The notes under the pieces are model-generated. The model saw only the letters and a program-made list of their open reading frames with translations, did not search any database and had not been told where the DNA came from. The position numbers and the translations under genes were made by a program. From an uncultured Eubacteriales bacterium (GTDB taxonomy: Bacteria; Bacillota; Clostridia; Oscillospirales; Oscillospiraceae), in assembly GCA_900544705.1 (NCBI GenBank), contig UQWH01000002.1, forward strand, positions 1,547-65,546: 64,000 nucleotides of DNA, written 5' to 3'. Positions 56,196 through 64,000 of this stretch are shown here, in pieces (position 1 is the first letter of the stretch; each line of letters opens with the position of its first letter).

Positions 56196-58241
56196 ATGGA
56201 TAATTACATAGGCAGACTGCTGGATAATCGCTACGAGATCCTGGAAGTGATCGGCACCGGCGGAATGGCGGTCGTATATAAAGCACTGTGCCACCGGCTG
56301 AACCGGCTGGTCGCAATCAAAATTCTGAAAGATGAATTCTCCCGCGATCAGGAGTTCCGCAGACGTTTTCATGCCGAGTCGCAGGCGGTCGCGATGCTGT
56401 CGCACCCGAATATCGTCAATGTGTATGATGTTTCCCGCTCCGGCGATGTGGACTATATTGTCATGGAACTGATCGAGGGCATCACGCTCAAGCAGTATCT
56501 GGAAAAGAAGGGCAGGCTCAACTGGCGCGAGACGCTGCATTTCTCCATGCAGATCGCCAAGGCGCTGGAGCATGCACACAGCCGCGGCATCATCCACCGC
56601 GACATCAAGCCGCACAACATCATGATCCTGAAGGACGGGAGCATCAAGGTTGCGGACTTCGGCATTGCCCGCATCGGCTCCGCGCAGAACACGCTGACGC
56701 GCGAGGCGCTCGGCTCCGTACACTATATCTCCCCGGAGCAGGCCAAGGGCGGCCATGTGGACTGCCGCAGCGACCTGTATTCCCTCGGCGTCGTCATGTA
56801 TGAGATGCTGACCGGCCGTACACCCTACGACGGCGAAACGCCGGTGTCCGTGGCCATCCAGCACATCAACGGCGGCGCAACGCCTCCCAGCGAGCTGGTC
56901 GAGGGGATCCCCCGCGGCATCGAGCAGATCACCATGCACGCCATGGAGGTCAACCCGGACGATCGCTATGCCTCCGCGACCGAAATGCTGCATGACATGG
57001 AAGAATTCCGCAAGAATCCCGGCATGACCTTCCTGTACTTCGGCGGCGTCGCGCCGCAGGCGCCCGTGCAGCAGCGTCCGGTGCAGCGCCCGGCTGCCCC
57101 TCGCTCCGAGGCGGAGCGCTATGCCGCTGCGCGCCGGCAGAACAATCCCCGCAGTGCGGAGGAGCGACGCAAAGAGCGCGAGCGCCGCGAGGCGGAGCAG
57201 GCCGAGGAAAAGAAGCGCCGTCTGAAGCTCATCCTGATCCTCTCCGGTGCGGGACTTGCAGTGATCCTGCTGATCGTGCTGGCAATCAGCCTGTTCGGTG
57301 GCGGCAAGCAGCCGTCCAACACGGTCGATACCATCGTTGTGCCGAATTTTGTCGGCATGGAGATCGAGAAGATCAATCCCGAGGACTACCCGGAGCTGAA
57401 CATCGACATTACCGGTGCGACCTACGAGTATAATGAAAACTACCCCAAGGGACAGGTGTTTGACCAGTCTCCCAAGGCAAACGACAGAGTCAAGGGCGGC
57501 AAGACGAGAACGGTCACGCTGAAGGTCAGCCTTGGGAATGAAACAAACAAGATGCCGAATCTGGTCAACCAGACCGACAGTAGCGCGATCGCGCAGCTCA
57601 ATGCGATGGAGCTCGGTCTGAAGATCACGACGAAGGAAGAATCCAGCGAAACCGTCCTCGCGGGCTATGTCATCCGCACGGAACCGGCTGCGGATACGGA
57701 GCTGACGAAAAATCAGGCGGTCACGGTCTATGTCAGCCTCGGCTCCACGAAGATGCCGGAGCTCAAGAATCAGACCAAGGCCAACGCCGAGGCACTGCTC
57801 GATGCCATGGGTCTGAATCTCAAGTACACCTTCCTGGAAGAGGAGAGCGACGACGTGGCCGAGGGCAATGTGACCCGCACGGAGCCTGCCTCCAAGAGCG
57901 AGCTGAGCAAGGGCCAGAACGTCACGGTCTATATCAGCAAGGGCAACGGCAAGGTCGATGTCCCGCCCGTCGAGGGTCTGGACGTCATGGACGCCATCAA
58001 GCTCCTGCGCGATGCCGGACTGAAGTATGAAACCAAGCGCGTCTTTAACGAGAAGGAAGAAAAGGACCGCGTCATCCATCAGAGTGAAAAGGCCAACACG
58101 CAGGTGCCGAAGGATACCATCGTGGTGCTTGAGGTTTCTGACGGCCCCGCTCCCACCGATCCTCCCACGCAGCCTACGACCCCGCCCACGGAGCCGACTG
58201 AGCCCTCCACGGAGCCGTCCACCGAGGAAGCTGCGGGCTGA
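56196..58241 (+). CDS. pknB: PASTA-domain Ser/Thr kinase (PknB/PrkC)
   Basis: GTGGMA, HRDIKPHN and DFG motifs; TM; four PASTA repeats; Pro/Thr tail. Confidence 0.96.
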   Translation: MDNYIGRLLDNRYEILEVIGTGGMAVVYKALCHRLNRLVAIKILKDEFSRDQEFRRRFHAESQAVAMLSHPNIVNVYDVSRSGDVDYIVMELIEGITLKQYLEKKGRLNWRETLHFSMQIAKALEHAHSRGIIHRDIKPHNIMILKDGSIKVADFGIARIGSAQNTLTREALGSVHYISPEQAKGGHVDCRSDLYSLGVVMYEMLTGRTPYDGETPVSVAIQHINGGATPPSELVEGIPRGIEQITMHAMEVNPDDRYASATEMLHDMEEFRKNPGMTFLYFGGVAPQAPVQQRPVQRPAAPRSEAERYAAARRQNNPRSAEERRKERERREAEQAEEKKRRLKLILILSGAGLAVILLIVLAISLFGGGKQPSNTVDTIVVPNFVGMEIEKINPEDYPELNIDITGATYEYNENYPKGQVFDQSPKANDRVKGGKTRTVTLKVSLGNETNKMPNLVNQTDSSAIAQLNAMELGLKITTKEESSETVLAGYVIRTEPAADTELTKNQAVTVYVSLGSTKMPELKNQTKANAEALLDAMGLNLKYTFLEEESDDVAEGNVTRTEPASKSELSKGQNVTVYISKGNGKVDVPPVEGLDVMDAIKLLRDAGLKYETKRVFNEKEEKDRVIHQSEKANTQVPKDTIVVLEVSDGPAPTDPPTQPTTPPTEPTEPSTEPSTEEAAG

Positions 58242-59128
58242 TGGAATTCAGCGGCAGAATCGTAAAAGCGCTCAGCGGCTTTTACTATGTTCAAGCAGAG
58301 CAGGACGTCATTGAGTGCCGTGCGCGCGGAAAATTCCGCAAGGAACGCCTGACGCCGCTGGTCGGAGATTATGTGGAGTGCTCCATGGAGGGCGGCCGCG
58401 GCATGGTCGAGGCCGTCCGCCCGCGCCGCAACGCCTTTGTGCGCCCGGCGGTGAGCAATCTCGACGCGCTGGTCATTTTCGCCAGCGAAACCAACCCGGT
58501 CACGGATCCCTTCCTCATTGACCGCGTCAGCGCGATCGCGGGAAATCAGGGCGTCCCCGTCCTGCTGTGCATCAATAAAATCGACCTTTCGGACGAAGAT
58601 CGCCTGTATACGATCTACACGGGCGCGGGCTTCGAGGTGTTCCGCACCAGCGCCGCTACCGGCGAGGGGGTCGAGGCGCTGCACCGCAGAATTGCGGGGA
58701 AGACCGTTGCCTTCACCGGAAACTCCGGCGTGGGTAAGAGCAGCGTGCTCAACTGGATCGCACCGGACTTTTCCGCCAAGACCGGCGAGATTTCGGAAAA
58801 GCTGGGGCGCGGCCGCCATACGACGCGCCATGTCGAGCTGTGCGCCCTGCCGGACGGCACCTGCCTGATCGACACGCCGGGCTTTTCCTCATTTGATACC
58901 GATCAGATGGAGCTGATCCTCAAGGAAAACCTGCAATATGCGTTTCCGGATTTTGCACCGTACATCGGTCGCTGCCGCTACCACGACTGTGCGCATCTGT
59001 GCGAACCGGGCTGCGCGGTGCTGGAAGCGGTGCAGGCGGGAGAAATTCAGCCCTCGCGCCATGCAAGCTATGTCCGCCTCTATGAAGCGGCAAAAGAGAT
59101 CAAACCCTGGCAAGTGAAGGATAAATAG
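58241..59128 (+). CDS. rsgA: Ribosome small subunit-dependent GTPase A
   Basis: Circularly permuted GTPase (NKID, GNSGVGKS, GRHTT, DTPG) with C-terminal Zn finger. Confidence 0.96.
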   Translation: MEFSGRIVKALSGFYYVQAEQDVIECRARGKFRKERLTPLVGDYVECSMEGGRGMVEAVRPRRNAFVRPAVSNLDALVIFASETNPVTDPFLIDRVSAIAGNQGVPVLLCINKIDLSDEDRLYTIYTGAGFEVFRTSAATGEGVEALHRRIAGKTVAFTGNSGVGKSSVLNWIAPDFSAKTGEISEKLGRGRHTTRHVELCALPDGTCLIDTPGFSSFDTDQMELILKENLQYAFPDFAPYIGRCRYHDCAHLCEPGCAVLEAVQAGEIQPSRHASYVRLYEAAKEIKPWQVKDK

Positions 59129-59135
59129 AGAATAG

Positions 59136-59176
59136 AAGCCGCCTCCTGCGCATAGAACTGGCAGGGGGCGGTTTTT
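59136..59176 (+). terminator. rsgA terminator overlapping SD of next small ORF
   Basis: AAGCCGCCTCCTGC/GCAGGGGGCGGTTT plus T-run. Confidence 0.7.
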
Positions 59177-59329
59177 ATGTGCAGAAAAAGTGAGTTATTG
59201 GGGTCGGTGCTCATGGCGCTGGGGGCGGGATTGCTGCTGTCGCTGCTGTTTTCCTCCGAATTCGTTCTGGCAGTCGTCGGCATTGGCCTCTTGGTGATCG
59301 GTCTGTGTTGCACGCGGCGCTGCAAATAA
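59177..59329 (+). CDS. 50-aa two-TM membrane protein (not in ORF track)
   Basis: MCRKSELLGSVLMALGAGLLLSLLFSSEFVLAVVGIGLLVIGLCCTRRCK*; G-rich SD AGGGGG. Confidence 0.65.
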   Translation: MCRKSELLGSVLMALGAGLLLSLLFSSEFVLAVVGIGLLVIGLCCTRRCK

Positions 59330-59391
59330 AGTGTGATAATCTTGTCCGACGGCGCATAAGTATTGCTAGAACGAACAAGGGGTGAAAATGA

Positions 59392-60900
59392 ATGGAGCTT
59401 GTCTTTCAGGAAAGGGAACTGAATTATCTCAGCCGTGTCCTGTGTGAAACGGTCACACAGGAGCAGACGGCGGAGCTGATCGTGCCGGACAGCTACCCGG
59501 ATGCCGACCGCGTGGTCGATGCCTTTGCGACGGCGCTGATCCGTTCGGAGGAATGCAGCGCGGGAGCGGCAGGCGTCAGTGGAAATGCGCAGGTCGGTGT
59601 GCTGTTCGTAACGGAGGACGGCGAGATCGGACGGCTGGAAACACAGATCCCGTTTTCCGCGCGAAAGGAGTTTGATACAGACTACGACGACTGCACCATG
59701 CAGTGTGCCTGTGCGGTCAGCAGCGTGGATGCGCGGATGCTCAATTCCCGGAAGGTGCTGGTGCGCGTCGGCGTGCGCTGCACGATGAGCGTTTATGCGA
59801 GGCAGCGGCAGACGCTTTATGATATTCCGGAACCGGCGGCGACCTTGCAGCTCCGGCGGACGAAAATTCCGCTGCGGCTGCCGCTGGAGCTGGGGGAGAA
59901 GAGCTTCGTCCTGAACGAGGATGTTGAGATCCCCGGCACAAAGCCTGCGGTGGAGCGGCTGCTCAAGTGCGTCTATCGCACGGAGGTCGAGGAGCAGAAG
60001 CTGGTGGGGAGCAAGGCGGTGTTCAAGGGAAACCTGATCGTCCACGCGCTCTACGAATGTCCGGAGGGGAAGCTGCACAGCTTTGAAGCCGGCGTGCCCT
60101 TCTCGCAGTATGTGGACATGGAGCAGGAGCTGGACGACCACGCGCTCAGCACCGTGCTGGCAATGACCTCCGTCGAAACGGAGCCGGACGGCCAGATGGA
60201 CTGCCGCCGTCTGTTGCTGAGCGCGAACCTGATCGCGCAGTGTACCGCCTACGGAGAGCAGGAGGTCTCACTGATCGAAGATGCGTTCTGCACCAATGCG
60301 GAGTTGTCGCCGCAGTGGACGGAGTGGAAGGTCACGGGAGTTCTGGACCGTCAGAACTTCCGGGAAACGGCGCTTGCGCAGAGCGACGCGCCCGCGGGGG
60401 GCGTGGTCGATGCGTGGCTCTACACCGATGAGACCATTCGCCGGCGCGAGGGGGAGCGGATGCTGCTGGAGCTTCCGATGTCCGTGAACGTTCTGTATGT
60501 AGACGGGGAGGGAAAATTGCAGGGACGCTCCATGCGCCCGGTGGCGAACTTCTCCACGGAGCTGGCCGAGGACGGCGGCTGCCGCCTGCGCGTGACGGGC
60601 GGAGGCGAGATTTTCAGCGCGGCGGGCGCCGACGGAATGGAGCTGCGCTGCCCGGTGAGCGTGGAGCTTGAGAGCTTTGCGGAGCACCGCCTGCGCTGTG
60701 TCTGCGGCGGGGAGATCACCGAGCCGCCGCAGTCGGCAGAGCGCCGCCCGGCGGTGATCCTACGGCGGACGGAGGCCGAGCAGGACGTCTGGGACATTGC
60801 CAAGGCCTATCACACGGCGACACAGGCGGTCATGGAGGCCAATGCGCTTACCGGCGCGGTGGTTCCGGCCGACACGCTGCTGCTGATTCCGATGCAATAA
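59392..60900 (+). CDS. sipL: SPOCS (DUF3794) + LysM spore-coat morphogenetic protein, SipL-like
   Basis: IVPDSYPD, Q.PFS, PFSQY and LNSRKV patterns; C-terminal LysM WDIAKAYHT...MEAN...LLIP. Confidence 0.75.
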   Translation: MELVFQERELNYLSRVLCETVTQEQTAELIVPDSYPDADRVVDAFATALIRSEECSAGAAGVSGNAQVGVLFVTEDGEIGRLETQIPFSARKEFDTDYDDCTMQCACAVSSVDARMLNSRKVLVRVGVRCTMSVYARQRQTLYDIPEPAATLQLRRTKIPLRLPLELGEKSFVLNEDVEIPGTKPAVERLLKCVYRTEVEEQKLVGSKAVFKGNLIVHALYECPEGKLHSFEAGVPFSQYVDMEQELDDHALSTVLAMTSVETEPDGQMDCRRLLLSANLIAQCTAYGEQEVSLIEDAFCTNAELSPQWTEWKVTGVLDRQNFRETALAQSDAPAGGVVDAWLYTDETIRRREGERMLLELPMSVNVLYVDGEGKLQGRSMRPVANFSTELAEDGGCRLRVTGGGEIFSAAGADGMELRCPVSVELESFAEHRLRCVCGGEITEPPQSAERRPAVILRRTEAEQDVWDIAKAYHTATQAVMEANALTGAVVPADTLLLIPMQ

Positions 60901-60918
60901 AGCTGCAATAAATAGGGA

Positions 60919-60946
60919 AAAAGCCGCCGAATGTCCGGCGGCTTTT
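60919..60946. repeat. Left copy of 28-bp palindromic direct repeat (terminator hairpin)
   Basis: AAAAGCCGCCGAATGTCCGGCGGCTTTT, identical to 61205-61232. Confidence 0.95.
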
Positions 60947-61204
60947 CTGACTGTCAAAAAACCATCTGGTTGAAAGTTTCGGAGGGAAGAATAGTGTGAA
61001 AGGGAACCGTCACACCGAGCCGCAGCGAGGCGTTTCGGAGCGCAACCGCCGCATAGCGGCGGCACTTGGCGCGGAGATGGGTTCCCTTTCGCGTTCAATA
61101 ACCCGCCGCAGCGATCAAAATTGCAAAATAATACTACAAATATTGATTTTGCAATTTTGCAGGCAGCTTGTCAAAAAAGTTCAAAGGACTTTTTTGGCAA
61201 GCTG
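60947..61204. mobile_element. Non-autonomous MITE-like insertion (258 bp), IS1182-like ends
   Basis: Flanked by a perfect 28-bp direct repeat; imperfect terminal inverted repeats CTGACTGTCAAAAAA / TTTTTTGGCAAGCTG (11/15); no transposase. Family assignment is inference. Confidence 0.7.
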
Positions 61205-61232
61205 AAAAGCCGCCGAATGTCCGGCGGCTTTT
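61205..61232. repeat. Right copy of 28-bp palindromic direct repeat (terminator hairpin)
   Basis: AAAAGCCGCCGAATGTCCGGCGGCTTTT. Confidence 0.95.
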
Positions 61233-61242
61233 ATCATAGAAT

Positions 61243-61536
61243 TCAGTTTTTCGTGACCTTGGCAGGCTTGACGGGAGTGGTTTCGTCCGTCATTCCCGGA
61301 ATGGTCATGCCGCTTTCGCTTGCTTCACTGGAGTGTGTGGAAGAGGTGCTTGCATCGGTCATTGGGGTCGATGTCGCGGTGCTGCCGCCGGATGCTGCCG
61401 GTTCTGTCATGGCTGAGCCGTTTGTGCCGTCGACCTTGCCGTCGTTTGTGTCAGATACATTGCCTTTCCCCTTGCAGCCGGTGAACAGTGTGAGTGTCAT
61501 CGCAAGGACAAGACAGAAGACCAAAATGCGTTTCAT
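61243..61536 (-). CDS. Small Ser/Thr-rich lipoprotein, possibly sporulation-related
   Basis: Lipobox FTGC, low-complexity mature part, SD GGAGG. Confidence 0.75.
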   Translation of the reverse strand: MKRILVFCLVLAMTLTLFTGCKGKGNVSDTNDGKVDGTNGSAMTEPAASGGSTATSTPMTDASTSSTHSSEASESGMTIPGMTDETTPVKPAKVTKN

Positions 61537-61571
61537 GGTATTCCTCCCAATTGAAAAAATCTTTGCCTGCG

Positions 61572-61600
61572 TAGTATTTGCAGGAATTCCAAGAATAACC
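61572..61600 (-). promoter_or_regulatory. Putative forespore (SigG/SigF-type) promoter
   Basis: GGTTA-N14-GCAAATACTA. Confidence 0.5.
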
Positions 61601-61705
61601 GCGCGAAAAAAATATTTTTATCCCGATATTCTGCGGCGACGGTTGATTTTGAAAAGTTAGTCCTGTATAATAAACAGGAAATTTGCAAGAGAAGGGGATA
61701 CCGAT

Positions 61706-62095
61706 ATGAAGAAACTGACCGTGAAGAAAGGCTCGCAGTGCATGGCCTGCCTGGAGTGCGTGCGTGCCTGTTCCAATGCGTTTTATAAGGAATTCCATCC
61801 GGACAAATCCTGCGTGCAGATCGTTGAGCGTGCGGGCAAGGTCCGTCCGATGACCTGCGTGCAGTGCGGCAAATGCGCGGCGGCCTGTGAGCATGGTGCG
61901 ATCACCCAGAACCCCAAGACGGGCGTGTACATGATCAACAAGAAGCTCTGCGTCGGCTGCGGCAAGTGCAAGGAAGCCTGTCCCTTCGACGTCATCGTGT
62001 ACGAGCCGGGAATGGCCAACGCCTCCAAGTGCATCGCCTGCGGCATTTGTGTCAAGGCCTGCCCGATGGAAGTGCTGGAGATCACGGAGAACTGA
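61706..62095 (+). CDS. Polyferredoxin with four 4Fe-4S motifs (oxidoreductase small-subunit type)
   Basis: CMACLECVRAC, CVQCGKCAAAC, CVGCGKCKEACP and CIACGICVKACP; TTGATT-N17-TATAAT promoter. Confidence 0.9.
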   Translation: MKKLTVKKGSQCMACLECVRACSNAFYKEFHPDKSCVQIVERAGKVRPMTCVQCGKCAAACEHGAITQNPKTGVYMINKKLCVGCGKCKEACPFDVIVYEPGMANASKCIACGICVKACPMEVLEITEN

Positions 62096-62102
62096 AAACA
62101 GG

Positions 62103-62131
62103 ATCTGCCGCAAAAATGCGGCAGATTTTTT
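62103..62131 (+). terminator. Terminator after ferredoxin
   Basis: ATCTGCCGCA/TGCGGCAGAT plus T-run. Confidence 0.8.
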
Positions 62132-62191
62132 GTTGAGAAATCATGCGGATTGTGCTAGAATAAGAGAAAAAAACAAACGGAGGTAAGCAAA

Positions 62192-63997
62192 ATGGCTGAA
62201 ACAAAGAGGATCCCTGAGCGTTCGGAAATTGCCGAGCAGGACAAGTGGGCGATCCATGACATCTATGCGACGGACGAGCTGTGGGAAGCGGACTTACAGA
62301 AGGCGAAGGACCTGATCCCAACGGTTTCCGCATTTGCGGGCAAGCTGGGCGGGTCTGCGCAGAATCTGCTTGACTATATGAAACTGACGGAAGAAATCGC
62401 CGTGCTTGCCGATGCGCTGGGCAACTACGCCATGCGCCGCTCCGATGAGGATGCAAGAGTTTCCAAGTATCAGGCCATGGTGGGCAGCCTGATGAGCACC
62501 TACGTGGCGCTCGAGGCGGCCTCCAGCTTCTCCACCCCGGAGATCATGGCGATCTCCGATGAAACGATGGAGAAATTCTATGCGGAACTGCCGGAACTGG
62601 AGCGCTACCGCCGCTATCTGAACAACATTCGACGCCGCCGCGCGCACGTGCTCACGCCCGCAGAAGAAAAGCTCCTCGCCGCCGCCGGCGAGATGGCCAA
62701 CGCACCCGATACGATCTATGGAATGTTCAACGACGCCGACGTGACCTTCCCGGATGCCATCGACTCCGAGGGCAACCATCATCCGCTGTCGCAGGGCACC
62801 TATATTTCCTACATGGAAAGCAGCGACCGCGCCCTGCGCAAGAGCGCGTTTGAGAATCTCTACCGCACCTATGGCAGCTACAAGAACACCATCTCCGCGA
62901 TCCTTTCCGCGCAGGTCAAGCAGCTGCAATTCTTCGCGGATGCGAGAAAGTACTCCTCCGCGATGGAGGCATCCCTCGACGCGACCAACGTGCCGACGAC
63001 GGTCTATACCAACCTGATCGAAGCCGTCCACAAGAACATGGACAAGATGTACCGCTACGTCGCCCTGCGCAAGAAGCTGCTGGGCGTAGACGAGCTGCAT
63101 ATGTACGACATCTACACCCCGCTGGTCGAGGATGTGGCCAAGAAGGCGGGCATCGACGAGGCCAAGCAGACGGTCTATGACGCGCTGGCACCGCTCGGCG
63201 AGGAGTACCGCAAGGTCCTGAAGCAGGGCTTCGACAGCCGCTGGATCGATGTCTACGAGAACGCGGGCAAGCGCTCCGGCGCCTACTCCGCGGGCGCGCG
63301 GGTGCATCCCTTCGTCCTGCTGAACTATACCGGCACGCTGGACAGTCAGTTCACGCTGGCGCATGAGATGGGCCATGCGATGCATTCCTATCTCTCCAAC
63401 CACACGCAGACGCCGCTCGATGCCGACTATGTGATCTTTGTCGCGGAGGTCGCCTCCACCTGCAACGAAGCGCTGCTGATGGAATACCTGCTGGGCAAGA
63501 CGACGGACAAGAAGGAACGTGCCTACCTCATCAACCACTTCCTGGAGCAGTTCCGCACGACCCTGTACCGCCAGACGATGTTTGCGGAGTTTGAGCTGAA
63601 TATCGGCAAGATGGCGCAGGAGGGCACCAGCCTGACGCCGGACGTTCTGAACGCGGAATACCGCCGCCTGAACCGCCTGTATTTCGGCGAAGAGGTCGTT
63701 CTCGACGACGAGATCGACATGGAATGGATGCGCATCCCGCACTTCTACTACAACTACTATGTCTTCCAGTACGCCACCGGTTATGCCGCCGCGATCGCGC
63801 TGTCCCGCCGCATCCTGCGCGAGGGCGAGAGCGCCGTCAAGGATTACCTCGGCTTCCTGTCCGGCGGCTGCAGCAAGAGCCCCATCGACCTGCTGCGTGG
63901 CGCAGGTGTCGACATGAGCACCACCGCGCCCGTTGAAGAGGCGCTGAAGCTCTTCGACGAGCTGATCGGCGAGATGGAACAGCTGATGCAGGATTAA
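62192..63997 (+). CDS. pepF: Oligoendopeptidase F (M3B)
   Basis: WID..GKRSGAYS, HEMGHAMH, AEVAS and IPHFY..YVFQYATG motifs. Confidence 0.96.
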   Translation: MAETKRIPERSEIAEQDKWAIHDIYATDELWEADLQKAKDLIPTVSAFAGKLGGSAQNLLDYMKLTEEIAVLADALGNYAMRRSDEDARVSKYQAMVGSLMSTYVALEAASSFSTPEIMAISDETMEKFYAELPELERYRRYLNNIRRRRAHVLTPAEEKLLAAAGEMANAPDTIYGMFNDADVTFPDAIDSEGNHHPLSQGTYISYMESSDRALRKSAFENLYRTYGSYKNTISAILSAQVKQLQFFADARKYSSAMEASLDATNVPTTVYTNLIEAVHKNMDKMYRYVALRKKLLGVDELHMYDIYTPLVEDVAKKAGIDEAKQTVYDALAPLGEEYRKVLKQGFDSRWIDVYENAGKRSGAYSAGARVHPFVLLNYTGTLDSQFTLAHEMGHAMHSYLSNHTQTPLDADYVIFVAEVASTCNEALLMEYLLGKTTDKKERAYLINHFLEQFRTTLYRQTMFAEFELNIGKMAQEGTSLTPDVLNAEYRRLNRLYFGEEVVLDDEIDMEWMRIPHFYYNYYVFQYATGYAAAIALSRRILREGESAVKDYLGFLSGGCSKSPIDLLRGAGVDMSTTAPVEEALKLFDELIGEMEQLMQD

Positions 63998-64000
63998 GGT

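Noticed and set aside
58145..58230. Short repeats at the pknB 3' end
   Set aside because: Ordinary Pro/Thr/Glu low-complexity tail of PASTA kinases.
60996..61660. ORFs 60996-61205 and 61121-61660 as genes or transposase remnants
   Set aside because: No transposase motifs. The first lies within the structured insert, and the second is antisense to the lipoprotein gene.

Overview
High-GC (roughly 60% by eye) chromosomal segment of a spore-forming clostridial Firmicute; gene content and style suggest Oscillospiraceae or similar (inference). Most of it is housekeeping: argD-argF, glnA (GSIII), ruvCAB, glnS, pyrH-frr-uppS-cdsA-dxr-rseP-ispG-polC, udp, cdaA-cdaR and yicC-remA-gmk-rpoZ-priA-def-fmt-rsmB-rlmN-stp-pknB-rsgA, sipL-like and pepF. 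I saw no rRNA, tRNA, CRISPR array, prophage or intact transposase. The best signals lie outside the ORF track. (1) A molybdenum-cofactor (Moco) riboswitch-like RNA, with a readable terminator/antiterminator platform, controls a FecCD/BtuCD-type ABC importer. This points to uptake of Mo/W or intact pterin cofactor rather than iron. (2) A 258-bp non-coding, highly structured MITE-like insertion is flanked by a perfect 28-bp duplication of a terminator hairpin. (3) A 12-codon leader peptide with alternative SD-sequestering stems sits in front of a GNAT acetyltransferase. (4) An RseC-like/DUF5685/J-domain trio occupies the usual glmM position after cdaA-cdaR. There are also several small ORFs and alternative-sigma promoter candidates. 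All family calls come from motif recognition by eye, with no database searches.
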